Positions 39,530 through 51,860 of a stretch of 64,000 nt of DNA are shown in pieces (position 1 is the stretch's first letter; each line of letters starts with the position of its first letter). Source of the stretch: Hypanus sabinus (taxonomy: Eukaryota); NCBI RefSeq assembly GCF_030144855.1, contig NC_082712.1, forward strand, positions 10,354,001-10,418,000. The letters run 5' to 3'. The notes under the pieces are model-generated. The model ran no database searches. It saw only the letters and a program-made list of their open reading frames with translations, and was not told where the DNA came from. A program made the translations under genes and the position numbers.

Positions 39530-40226
39530 AATCTGCAGATGCTGGAAATCCAGAGCAATCTCTGTGGATCTCACCTACTCCCAACATATCGATGCAGCTA
39601 TGAAAAAGGCAAGACAGCGGCTATACTTCACTAGGAGTTTGAAGAGATTTGGCATGTCAACAAATACACTCAAAAACATCTATAGATTTACCGTGGAGAG
39701 CATTCTGACAGGCTGCATCACTGTCTGGTATGGAGGAGCTACCGCACAGGACCGAAAGAAGCTGCAGAGGGTTGTAAATTTAGTCAGCTCCATCTTGGAT
39801 ACTAGCCTGCAAAGTACTCCTTGAGAGTATCCTCAGGGAGTGGTGTCTCAGAAAGGCAGCGTCCATTATTAAGGACCTCCAGCACCCAGGACATGCCCTT
39901 TTCTCACTGTTACCATCAGATAGGAGGTACAGAAGCCTGAAGGCACACACTCAGCGATTCAGGAACAGCTTCTTCCCCTCTGCCATCTGATTCCTAAACA
40001 GACATTGAACCCATGAACACTACCTCTCTTTTTAAATATATATTATTTCTGTGTTTTGCATGATCTTTAATCTATTCAATATACACATGCTGTAATTGAT
40101 TGACTTATTTATTTATTATTATTATTTTCTCTCTCTGCTAGATTATGCCTTGCATTGAACTGCTGTTGCTAAGTTAACAAATTTCACAACACATGTCGGT
40201 GATAATAAACCTGATTCTGATTCTGA
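39530..40226 (+). mobile_element. Rex1/Babar 3' fragment
   Basis: KKARQRLYF..LKRFGMS..ESILTGCITVWYG..RKKLQRVV; (GATTCT)n tail. Confidence 0.85.
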
Positions 40227-40227
40227 C

Positions 40228-40367
40228 AAAATGCTGGAGGAACTCAGCAGGTCAGACAGCATCTGTGGAAAAGAGCAGAGTACTGATGAAGGGTCTCGGC
40301 CTGAAACTTTGACCGTTTACTCATCTCCATTGATGCTGCCTGATCTGCTGAGTTGCTCCAGCATTTT
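40228..40367. repeat. Palindromic mini-element with a central hammerhead-like core
   Basis: Arms AAAATGCTGGAGGAACTCAGCAGGTCAGACAGCATC / GATGCTGCCTGATCTGCTGAGTTGCTCCAGCATTTT around CTGATGA (40283-40289)..GAAA (40303-40306). Confidence 0.8.
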
Positions 40368-42636
40368 GAGTGTGTTACATCTTTATTCTTTCTGCCAAAA
40401 GTGGGTGATCGTACACTTCCCTGCACTGTAGAAAGCAATATGAGGATGTTGGAGATTTTAGCAGCCTGGCCTCTGGCCTGGCCGTGAGCGCCTTAACTCC
40501 ACAGTTCAACTTTTTAGGCTACGTTTACTATTGCCTGCCCCTGAGTGAGAAACAAAATAACAAAAGGGCTTCGAGAGCTGGCAGGATCCCCTCTGGTGTT
40601 CTGAAACTCGGCAGAGAGAAACCTCAGTACAGACCTGCAAACTCCCACATCTGGAAAGAGAATATTCCAGGGGTGAGGGTTTGCTTGGAATATGGCAGCG
40701 ATCAAGATCTACGTCGATGATTCGGCTGAGGGCACAAAATGTCAGCCTGGGGTCAGGTGCAATATACTATGGAAAAGTGTGAAGGAATCCACAGGGCTGA
40801 ATGAAACAGGAATGTAGGGCAGTTGTTAAATAGTGGGAGATTAAGTTCAAAGTAAGTATTTTATATTCAGATCCCAGAGCTGAACATTTTCACCCCTACC
40901 TCGAGGCATAAATGTTAGTGGCAACTCCTCTTTGCTATGTTCTTGCAGTGTTCCAAACAACCGAGGCATTTGAAGACTGGATAGAATGGTCTGTAGATGT
41001 CTTCTTTCCAACCCAACCACTTTACATATTATCTAAGTACATATACTACCTGAGATTCATTTTCTTGCAGCATTCACAGTTGAACAAAGAAATGCAACAG
41101 AAATAATAACTATTGTTTGTTGTCTAAGCAACACATATGAAGCACTAGTGGCATTATATTTTGGCCTGTGTTGTAAATGCACCTTATTATTTGTTAATCT
41201 ATTTATGGTAATATTGTCGTATGTATTGTGTGTGCGTTTTATGTACTGTGTGGTGCACCTTGGCCTGGAGGAAAGTTGTATATATGTGTGTGGTTGAATG
41301 ACAATAAACTGGAACTTGAACAGTGACTATTGTATAGTTAATGACATACTAAGGCTGGCAAACAACAATGTACGAAGACAACGTGTACAAATACAAAAGT
41401 TATATATTGATAAATGATACTGAGAACATGAACTGTGGAGTCCTTAAAAGTGATTCCACTGGTTGTGGAATTAGTTCAGAGTTGAGGTGAGCAAAGTTAA
41501 CCACACTGGGTCAAGAGCCTAATGGTTGAGGAGTAAACACTGTTCCTGAACCTGGAGGGGTGGGACCTATGGCTCTTGTATCTCTGTCCCTTATTAGCCT
41601 CAAATCCTGAGCCTCTTGTACCTCTGGGACTAGATCCCTGACTTTGTCGTCATGAGACCACAGTCAGTGCAGATCAGGGATAACATCTCCTCCTTCCTGA
41701 CAATAAACGCAGGTGAACCTCAAAGATCCCTGCTGGGCAATGCTTCCTCTAATTTGTAATGACCAGTGTGTGCAATTTTTTGCCCAGTGACAACAACAAT
41801 TGGGCTCTGAATAACTTCTTCAATAAAAACAGTATAAATATGTCAGTTCTAAAATCTGCAGACAAATCATTGCAAACTCTGCGTTGTCAACACCGCCCGC
41901 ATCAGCCACTGGAAAAGGAAATGTGATTGTGTATGATAGTGAAATAAGCTTAACGTAGCAGCAAGGTCGAAGGTGTCAACCTCTAGTGCGCAGTTTAAAT
42001 TCCTTTATGCACTAGTAGCAAAAGGATGTGTGTGCATGTGTGAGCACCTTAGAAAGAACATTGGCGCTTAGTCCGTTGCTGCACTTTCCCAGCACTCTGG
42101 CTTGTGGTAGCATCGCAGTTAGCACGAAGCTTTACGGTGCGTCAGCTGTAGGATCGGGGTTCAATTCCTGCCACTGTCTCTAAAGAGTTTGTATCTTCTC
42201 CCTGTGACTGCGAGGGTTTCCTCCCACATTCCAAAGACGTACGGTTGGGGTTAGGGTTACTGAGCTGTGGCCGCATTATGTTGGCACTGGAAGTACAGAG
42301 GTACTTGCAGGCTGCCCTCAGCACATCCTCGGACCGCGTTGGTCACTAACGCAAATGACACATTTCACTGTGTGTTTCATAAAAACACAGAAAACCTACA
42401 GCATAATACAGGCCCTTCGGCCCACGATGCTATGCTGAACACGTACTTACTTTAGAAATTACCTGGGGTTACCCATGGGTAATTTTGATGTACATGTGAC
42501 AAATGAAGCCTATCTGTGTTGCTGAACTGTGGTGATCAGACTTGTGCCAGTCGGTTCAACAACTGAACGGTCGAAGAGAAGTCATTGTTACCGATCCAGT
42601 GCTGTAGAACTTCAGAACTTTTGTTTTGTCATGTTT

Positions 42637-42915
42637 TGTTTATTTATTGAGGCACAGCACAGAACAGGCCTGTTCAGCCCTTCCAGAGCCACCCAGCAAT
42701 TCCTGATTTAATCCGAACCTAATCATGGGACAACTTACAATGATCAATTAGCCTGCCAACCGGCACGTCTTCGGACTGTGGGAGGAAACCGGAGCACCCA
42801 GAGGAAACCCACGTGGTCACAGGGAGAACGTATAAACTCCTTACAGGCAGCGACGGGAACTGAACCTGGGTCACTGGTACTGCAAAGTGTTTTGCTAACC
42901 ACTATGCTACCGTGC
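42637..42915 (-). mobile_element. V-SINE-like tRNA-derived SINE, well preserved
   Basis: Box A TAGCATAGTGG, box B GGTTCAGTTCC, core CGTTCTCCCTGTGACCACGTGGGTTTCCTCTGGGTGCTCCGGTTTCCTCCCAC, AATAAATAAAC tail. Confidence 0.85.
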
Positions 42916-43064
42916 GGCCGAGCTGTGAGAGGATGAAAATAGCCCATATGGTGGGGATCTTTGCCTCGTGTAGACACCACCGATGGTGGGGAAGGATGTG
43001 CCGGTGAGGTATGGGGCAGAATCTACTACTTTCTGCTGCTTTGTACATTTCCATAACTTTCCAA

Positions 43065-43622
43065 AGACCATAAAACCATAAGACAAAGGAGCAGAAGTCG
43101 GCCATTCGGCCCATCGAGTCTGCTCCGCCATTTCATCACGAGCTGATCCAATCTCCCCTTTAGTCCCATTCCCCTGCCTTCTCACCATAACCTTTGATGC
43201 CCTGACCATTCAGATACCTATCAATCCCTGCCTTAAATACACCCAATGACTTGGCCTCTCCTGCTGCATGTGGCAACAAATTCCATAGATTCACCATCCT
43301 CTGGCTAAAAAGATTTTTTTTGCATCTCTGTTCTGAATGGGCGCCCTGCAATCCTCATGTCGTGTCCTCTCATGCTAGACTCCCCCACCATGGGAAACAA
43401 CTTTGCCACATCCACTCTGTCCATGCCTTTCAACATTCAAAATATTTCTGTGAGGTCCCCCCTCATTCTTCTAAACTCCAAGGAGTACAGTCCAAGAGCG
43501 GTCAAACGTTCCTCATATGTTAACCCTCTCATTCCCGGAATCATTCTTGTGAATCTTCTCTGAACCCTCTCCAATGTCAGTAAATCCTTTCTTAAATAAG
43601 GAGCCCAAAACTGCACACAGTG
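43065..43622 (-). mobile_element. CR1 3' fragment in intron 1
   Basis: ORF 43437-43625 (CVQFWAPYLRKD..ERVQRRFTRMIPG). Confidence 0.88.
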
Positions 43623-43946
43623 CACACAAAGGAGCTACAGGTTAACACCTGGAACGATACCCACCAGGAGGTGGCATGGCCTGAATGGTGGGGATCTTTG
43701 ATGATGGACATTGTCTCCTTGAGGCAGCTCCTCCTGTAGATACCACATCTGGGGTGTTGATCACAGGTTCTTCAAGTAGGTCAAGCCAGCTACCAGCTGC
43801 CAGTATCCCAACCAGTATTCACCGTGCGACCACTGGCCGCCACAACCTGCTCCGATAGCTCCACCTCTCGGATTCCCTGGTGCTGACCCTGCCCTTGGAG
43901 ATGAAGTGAAAACTTAAACAGTCTGAGCAAAATAAAAAGCACTTAC

Positions 43947-44007
43947 TGCCACTGAGTACAGAGCCCAACAGCAGGGCAGCAGGCAGCCAGGCACTCAGTA
44001 AGCTCAT
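43947..44007 (-). CDS. Exon 1 (signal peptide) of a Siglec-15-like Ig-superfamily receptor
   Basis: ATG at 44007 gives MSLLSAWLPAALLLGSVLSG plus 1 nt (61 nt, phase 1), ending at a consensus donor A|GTAAGT. Hydrophobic leader in non-repetitive sequence. Confidence 0.85.
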
Positions 44008-44049
44008 TTCCAACTCGATCCTCAGTGCCCTCTTTGTCTCTGCACAATA

Positions 44050-44120
44050 AAATGCAGAAGTTTCGGTAAAGGTTGCTTCACTTCCTGACGGATTCCCATC
44101 CCACCATGACGTCAACGACA
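44050..44120 (-). promoter_or_regulatory. Candidate proximal promoter of the receptor gene
   Basis: Within about 110 nt upstream of the ATG: ETS/PU.1-type CAGGAAGTG (44079-44087, minus), palindromic CRE TGACGTCA (44107-44114), and an IRF half-site AGTTTCGG near 44059-44066. Confidence 0.45.
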
Positions 44121-44754
44121 AACAAGGGAAGCAATTCTCTATACATCAGCAGAAATGGCCCCAACAGTCACTACACGCTCATTCTTACAAAACACCACTG
44201 AAGAAGGCCACTCGGCCCACAGTCTCCCTTCAAGGTCCAAGATTGGTTATAGTCATGCTTCAGTCCACAAGTATAAGGAGAACAAAACAATTGTTACTCC
44301 GGATCCAATGCAGCACAAAAAAAACAATAAGATAAAGAACACAATAAATGTAAATATAAAAGCAATCCTATAAAACACAACGCACAAGCAACTCTTTTAA
44401 TGTGACCTTAAATACATGTGCTTAGTTTATATACATAGACTGAATAAAGTACATGAGGTGACACTCGTTGCTGGAGAGTCTGAACAGAAGGTGAGTCTGA
44501 CAGCGAATGATAAAGTGACGAGGTGACTCTCGGCAAGAGGGACTCTTCGAGGTATTTGATTCACCACGATCGTATCTGTATCAGTATCAGGATTATTATC
44601 ACTGACATAAGGTGTGAAAATTGTTGCCTTGTGACACCAATAGTGCAAAGACTTAAAAACAGGTCAATTATAACAAGGATCAGAATCAGATTTCAGAGTC
44701 AGAAGTATTATCACCAGGTATATGCTGCAAAATGTGTTGTTTAACGGCAGCAGT

Positions 44755-45140
44755 AGAGTGCGTCCATTCATTTTGTGCCAAGCCGTATGACGTGGGCGAT
44801 CGCGGTCTTAGATCAGGATTGTTCTTGGCAAATTCTTCTACTGAAGTGGTTTGCCATTGTCTTCCTCTGGGCAGTGTCTGTACAAGACGGGTGAACCCAG
44901 CCATTACCAATACTCTTCAGAGATTGTCTGCCTGGTGTCAGTGGTCACATAACCAGGACTTGTGATGTGCACCGGCTGCTCGTGTGACCATCCACCACCT
45001 GTTCCCATGGTTGCATGTTGCTCTAATCGGCGGGGGGGATGGGGTAAGCAGGTGCTACACTTTTCCCAAGGCTGACCAGCAGGCTAGCAGAGGGAAGGAG
45101 CACCTTACACCTGCTTTGGAACAGACGTCTCTCCACCCAA
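44755..45140 (-). mobile_element. SINE-like repeat with RTE/BovB-type tail (copy 2)
   Basis: Aligns with 19260-19640. Confidence 0.7.
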
Positions 45141-45157
45141 GCAATACATAGATACAT

Positions 45158-48100
45158 GCCACAAGATCACAAGATCACAAGACAGAGGAGCGGCAGTAGG
45201 CCATTCGGCCCATCGAGTCTGCTCCAACACTCCATCATGAGCTAAACTATTCTCCCATCTAGTTCCAATTTCTGGCTTCTCCCCCATATCCCTTGATACT
45301 CTGAATAATTAGATACCTGTCAATCTCCTCCTTAAAAACCCTCAAGGACTGCGCCTCCACAGCTATATGTGGCAACGAATTCCATACATCCATGACCCTC
45401 CAGCTAAAAAAATTTCTCCTCATCTCTGTTTTAAATGGGTACCCTCTAATTCTAAGACTGTGGCCCCTTGTCCTGGACTCACCCACCAAGGGAAACAGTC
45501 TTTCCACATCTACTCTGTCCAACCCTTTCAACGTTCAAAATGTTTCTATGAGATCCCCTCTCATTCTTCTGTACTCTAATGAATACAATCCAAGAGCTGA
45601 CAAACTCTTCTCATATGTTAGTCCCTGCATTCCAGGAATCATCCTCATAAATCTTCTTTGAACTCTCTCCAATATCAGCACATCCTTGCTAAGATAGGGG
45701 GCCCAAAACTGCACACAGTATTCCAAATGGGGTCTCACTAGTGCCCCATAGAGCCTCATCAACATTTCCTTACTCTTATACGCTATTCCTCTTGAAATGA
45801 ATGCCAAAATAGCATTCACTTTCCTTACTGCCGATCCAACCTGGTGGTTAACCTTTAGGGTTTCCTGCAGTAGGACCCCCAAGTCCCTTTGCACTTCTGA
45901 TTTTTGAATTTTCTTCCCATCTAAATAATAATCTGCCCGATTGTTTCTTCTTCCAAAATGTACAACCGTACATTTCTCAACATTGTATCTCATCTGCCAT
46001 TTCTTTGCCCACTCTCCTAAACTGACCAAGTCTCTCTGCAACCTTTCCGTTTCTTCAACACTTCCTGCTCCTCCATCTGTCTTGGTGTCATCTGCAAACT
46101 TAGCCATAAAACCATTTAATCCATAATCTAAATCATCGATATGCAGTGTAAAAAGAAGCAGCCCCAACACCGATCCTTGTGGAACACCACTAGTAACCAG
46201 CAACCAACCAGAATAGGATCCCTGTATTCCCACTCTTTGCTTTCTGCCTATCAGCCAATGCTCCACCCATTCCAATATCTTTCCTGTAATTCCATGAGCC
46301 CTCATCTTATTAAGCAGCCTCTTCTGTGACACCTTATTGAAGGCCTTTTGAAAATCCAAATACACAACGTCCACAGCCTCTCCCTTGTCAATCTTATTCG
46401 AGATTACCTCAAAAAATTCCAATAGGTTGGTGAGGCAGGATCTTCCCTTCATAAAACCATGCTGGCTTGGGCCTATCTTGTCATGCACCTCAAGGTAATT
46501 CATAACCTCGTCCTTGAGGATCGACTCTAATAACTTTCCAACTACCAATGTCAGACTAATAGGTCTGTAATTTTCTTTTTGTTGCCTCCCTCCTTTCTTA
46601 AACAGCGGAACTACATTTGTGACCTTCCAGTCCTCCGGAACCGTGCCAGAGTCTACTGATTCCTGGAAGATTATTTCCAATGCCTCCACAATCTCCAAAG
46701 CCACTTCCTTCAGAACCCATGGGTGCACTTCACCCGGTCCGGGAGACTTATCTGTCCTTAGTCCATTTAGCTTCCCAAGCACTTTCTCTCTAGTAATCTT
46801 GACTGTACCTAATTCTATTCCCTGAGACCTCCAGCTATCAGGTATGTTGCTAATGTCTTCCACTGTGAAGACTGATGCAAAATACTCATTTAGTTCCTCT
46901 GCCATCTCTTTGTTACCCATTATAATTTCTACAGCGTCATTTTCAATCGGTCCTATATCTACCCGTGTCACTCTTTTACTCTTCATATTTTTTTTAAAAC
47001 TCTTAGTGTCCTTTTTTATATTAATTGCCAATTTCCTGAAATAATTCATCTTTTCTTTCCTAATGACTTTCTTAGTTTCTTTCTGTAATTTTATAAAATT
47101 CGTCCAGTGCTCAGTTTTCCCACAAATTTTTGCTTCCATGTACGCTGTCTCTTTTGCTTTTATTTTAGCCTTAACTTCTCTCGTTAGTCACATTTGTGCC
47201 ATTTTTCCTTTTATGATTTTCTTTTTTCTTGGAATATACTTTTCCTGCACTTTCCTTATTTCTTGTAGGAATTTCATCCAGTTCTGCTCTACTGTCCCTC
47301 CATTTAGCTTACTTTTCCAATCAACTGGGGCCAGTTCCTCTCTCATACCACTGTAATTTCCTTTGTTCCACTGAAATATCGATACACCTGATACCGGCTT
47401 CTCCTTTTCAAATTTGAAACTGAATTCAATAATATTATGATCACTACTTCCAAGGGGTTCCATTACCTCTCGCTCCCTAATCACCTCAGGTTCATTACAC
47501 AGCACCCAGTCCAAAACAGCCGACCCCCTGGTGGATTTATGGACAAGCTGCTCCAGAAAACAATCCCGTAGGCATTCTACAAACTCCCTCTCCGGAGATC
47601 CAGAACCTTCCTGACTTTCCCAATCCACTTCCATATTAAAATCTCACATAATTATCTTGACATTTACCTTCTGACACGCTTTTTCTATTTCCAGCTGTAA
47701 CTTGTAGTCCACATCCCAGCTGCTGTTTAGAGGCCTGTATATAACTGCTATTAGTGTCTTTTTACCCTTGCAGTTTCTTAACTCAACCCATAGGGATTGT
47801 ACTTCTTCTGATCCTGTGTCCCTTCTTTCTAGTGATTTCTAGTACACTTAGATCAGTATCTGTTACTGATTTTGTTATTTATCTATCGCACAGCAAATTA
47901 CCCTGTCTATTCACCTGCCTGTCCTTCTTGCCATCTTTGCTGCACAGTATCCTTGACTTATTTCTATTTTCTTCTTCTTCAACCCTTACACCCTGATTTC
48001 CTTCCCCTTGCCAATTTAGTTTAAACCCTCCTTAACAGCTATATTAAACAATCCTGCCAGGATAATTAGTACCCTTTGAGTTCAGGTGTAACTCATCGTT

Positions 48101-49080
48101 TCTGTATAAGTCATGCCTCCCCCAAAATAGATCCCAGTGATCTAAGAATTTGAAGCTCTGCCCTCTGCACCAGTTACTTAGCCACACATTCATCTGCTTT
48201 ATTCTGCTATTCTCACCATCGTTGGCACGTGGCTCAGGCAGTAATCCTGAGATTATTACTCTAGAGGTCCAGCTTTTCAATTTTCTTCCTAGCTCCCAGT
48301 ACTCTTCCTTCAGGACCTCCTCTCTTTTTCTGTCCATCTCATTGGTACCAACATGTACCAAGACTTCTGTTTGCTCGCCCTCTCTCCTGAGAATACTCTG
48401 GACCCGATCCAAGATATCCCGTACTCTGGAACCAGGGAGGCAACACACCATTCGAGTATCCTTGTCCGGCTCGCAGAATCTCTTGTCTGTTCCCCACAGG
48501 ATGGAATCCCCTATAATGACAGCATTTCTCCTTGCTCTCTTGATCACGGCACTGGGCAGAGTGCCAGAGTCCCGTTCATTGTGGTCTTTCTCCGTCTGGT
48601 CAACCTCTCCAACAGTATCTAATAATATATATCGATTCCTGAGGGGGACTGTCACAGAGGGGCTGTCCACTATCTCTCTATAGGTACTATCGATCACCTC
48701 CTCACTTTCTCTAATTAGCTGAAGGTCATCAAGTTATTGCTGCAGATCCCTCACACGATCCCTAAGGAGCTTCATCTCATTGCATCTTGAGCAGATGTAA
48801 TCCTGGGGGAGAGGAATCTCCCAAGGTCCCCACATCTGGCACTCCAGGCACAACACTAATCCTAAATGCATACCTCTAACGCTACTGTTATCTCTAAATA
48901 AATAAACCTGTAACCTACCACTTAACTGTAAGACTCAGCGATTGCAGGGAGCCTCTTCCCATTTCCGCCAAAGCCCTATCACTCTGTACCCATTCACTCC
49001 GCTGCCTGCTGGATATGGCGGTATTCTTTTTAAATCTTCCGCGCTCTGAGGTCACGCACCTGCGCAGTCGTGCCTCTTTT
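45158..49080 (-). mobile_element. CR1 LINE with native 5' end and an uninterrupted 534-aa RT ORF; endonuclease N-terminus deleted
   Basis: ORF 45535-47139 (NYRPISLT, QHGF, VYLDFQKAF, PQGSVLG, FADD), esterase ORF 48044-48697, (TCTTGTGA)n tail. Confidence 0.95.
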
Positions 49081-49382
49081 ATCTCAAGTAGTTTGAAAAA
49101 ACAATCTGAACTTTTTCCCGGAAAACCACAATGCATGGATTTTCAGGCATTGCAAATAGTAGCTGCAATACATAAAAATCCATAAATTTCAGAAATACTG
49201 CAAAAACAAGGTAGCATTCATGGGTTAATGGACCATTCAGATGGGCATAAACCCCTTTAATCAGTGATTGTGGGTCCTCAGACTCCTGTATCTACTCCCC
49301 GACGACGTGCCCCAAGCAGTGAGAGTGATTAGTGACAATGCTGCCTTCTTGAGGCAGCACCTCTTGAAGATCCCCCCTGGAG

Positions 49383-49603
49383 GTAGGGAGAGTTGTGCCC
49401 AGGTAGGGAGGTAGGGAGAGTTGTGCCCAGGTAGGGAGAGTTGTGCCCAGTTAGGGAGGTAGGGAGAGTTGTGCCCAGGTAGGGAGGTAGGGAGAGTTGT
49501 GCCCAGGTAGGGAGGTAGGGAGAGTTGTGCCCAGGTAGGGAGGTAGGAAGGGTTGTGCCCAGGTAGGGAGGTGGGAAAGGTTGTGCCCAGGTAGGGAGGT
49601 AGG
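49383..49603. repeat. Compound minisatellite
   Basis: Eight copies of GTAGGGAGAGTTGTGCCCAG interleaved with seven copies of GTAGGGAG. Confidence 0.95.
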
Positions 49604-51860
49604 TCAATAACTCTACTGGGTGATATTTATAGACCGTCTAATAGTAACAGGGACATCGAGGAGCAGATAGGGAGACAGATTCTGGAAAGGTGTAATAATA
49701 ACAGGGTTGGCGTGGTGGGAGTTTTTAATTTCCCAAATATCGATTGGCATATCCCTAGAGAAACGGATTTAGATGGGGTGAAGTTTGTTAGATGTGTTCA
49801 GGAAGGTTTCTTGACACAATATGTAGATAAGCCTACAAGAGGATAGGCTGTACTTAATCTGGTATTGGGAAATGAACCTGGTCAGGTGTCAGATCTCTCA
49901 GTGAGAGAGCATTTTGGAGATAGTGATCACAATTCTATCTCCTTTACCAAGCATTGGAGAGGGATAGGAACAGACAAGCTAGGAAAGTGTTTAATTGGAG
50001 TAAGGGGAAATATGAGGCTATCAGGCAGGAACTTGGAAGCATAAATTGGGAACAGATGTTCTCTGGGAAATGTATGGCGGAAACGTAGCAAATGTTCAGG
50101 GGATATTTGCGTGGAGTTCTGCATAGGTATATGCCCATGAGACAAGGAAAGGATGGTAGGGTACTTGAACCGTGGTGTACAAAGGCTGTTATAAATCTAG
50201 TGAAGAAGAAGAGCTTGTGAAAGGTTCAGAAAAACTAGGTAATGATAGAGATCTAGAAGATTATAAGGCTTGCAGGAAGGAGCTAAAGAATGAAATTAGG
50301 AGAGCCAGAAGGGGCCATGAGAAGGCCTTGGCAGTCAATATTAAGGAAAACCCCAAGGTATTCTACAAATATGAGAAGAGCAAGAGGATAAAATGTGAGA
50401 GAATAGGACCAATCAATTGTGACAGTGGAGAAGTGTGCATAGAACCCAAGGAGATAGCAAAGGTACTTAATGAGTACATTGCTTCAGTATTCACTATGGA
50501 AAAGGATCTTGGCGATTGTAGGGATGACTTGCAGCAGACTGAAAAGCTTGAGCATGTAGATATTAAGAAAGAGGATGTGCTGGAGCTTTAGAAAAGCATC
50601 AAGTTTGATAAGTTATCGAAACCACATGAGATGTACCCCAGGCTACTGTGAGAGGCGTGGGAGGAGATTGCTGAGCACTTGGCAATGATCTTTGCATCAT
50701 CAATGGGGATGGGAGAAGTTCCAGAGGATTGGAGGGTTGCGGATGTTGTTCCCTTATTCAAGAAAGGAAGTAGAGATAGCCCAGGGAATTATAGACCAGT
50801 GAGTCTTAATTCAGTGGTTGGTAAGTTGATGGAGAAGATACTGAGAGGCAGGATTAATGAACATTTGGAGAGGCATAATATGATTAGGAATAGTCAGCAT
50901 GGCTTTGTCAAAGGCAGGTCGTGCCTTACGAGCCTGATTGAATTTTTTGAGGATGTGACTAAACACATTGATGAAGGAAAAGCAGTAGATGTAGTGTATA
51001 TGGATTTCAGCAAGGAATTTGTCGTGATTATCGTAATTACTTTTTTAAACCTTCCTGGAGTGATCCAACTTTTTTACTTTTGAAAAATAAAGGTATTAAT
51101 TCTTTTTTGGATTTATTTAAAGAAGACAGTTTGATGTATTTTGAACAATTGGTCGATAAATATTCTCTCTCATATTCACACATCTTACAATACCTTCAAG
51201 TTAGACATTTTTACAAAAATATTTAAGTAATTTTCCTTACATATTGGAGGCTGACTTGTTAGATACTATTATGAATATGAACCCTTCAATAAAAGGTTCT
51301 ATTGGAAGAATTTATAATTTATTATTACAATAGGATAAGCGATCTTTACTTAAGATTAAACAGGATTGGGAGAAGGAACTCAATTTGACTTTTATATGGG
51401 ACGCAGATTCTGAAGCTGGTTAATTCTTCTTCGATCTGTGCTAGTCACTCACTGATTAAATTTAAAATTGTACATCGTTACCGCTTAATGAAGAAGAGAC
51501 TTTCTAAAATATTTCCCAATGTTGACAAGTCTTGTGATAGATGTAAAACTGGGATATCTACACTGACACATATGTTCTGGTCATGTTCTATATTAAAATA
51601 ATTTTGGAAGTCAATTTCGACAATTTCTAAAGCACTCAGAATCAACTTACAACCTAATAAGTTGACTGTGCTTTTTGTAATAATTCCACAAAATATCCAT
51701 GGTATTTCTGTGTCTGACCAACATGTTATTGTGTTTGTTTCATTGATAGCTAGGACGGCCATCTAGTTGAAATGGAAGGATATATCAGCTCCTACTTTAT
51801 CACAATAGTTTTCTCAAGTGGTGCTGTGTCTTAGCTTGGAGAAAATTATAAGTTGAACCT

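Noticed and set aside
16853-44007. Assigning the symbol SIGLEC15
   Set aside because: V-V instead of V-C2, no essential Arg, and orthology cannot be tested without phylogeny and synteny.
49383-49603. CRISPR-like array
   Set aside because: No unique spacers; the intervening unit is itself repeated, and the context is eukaryotic.
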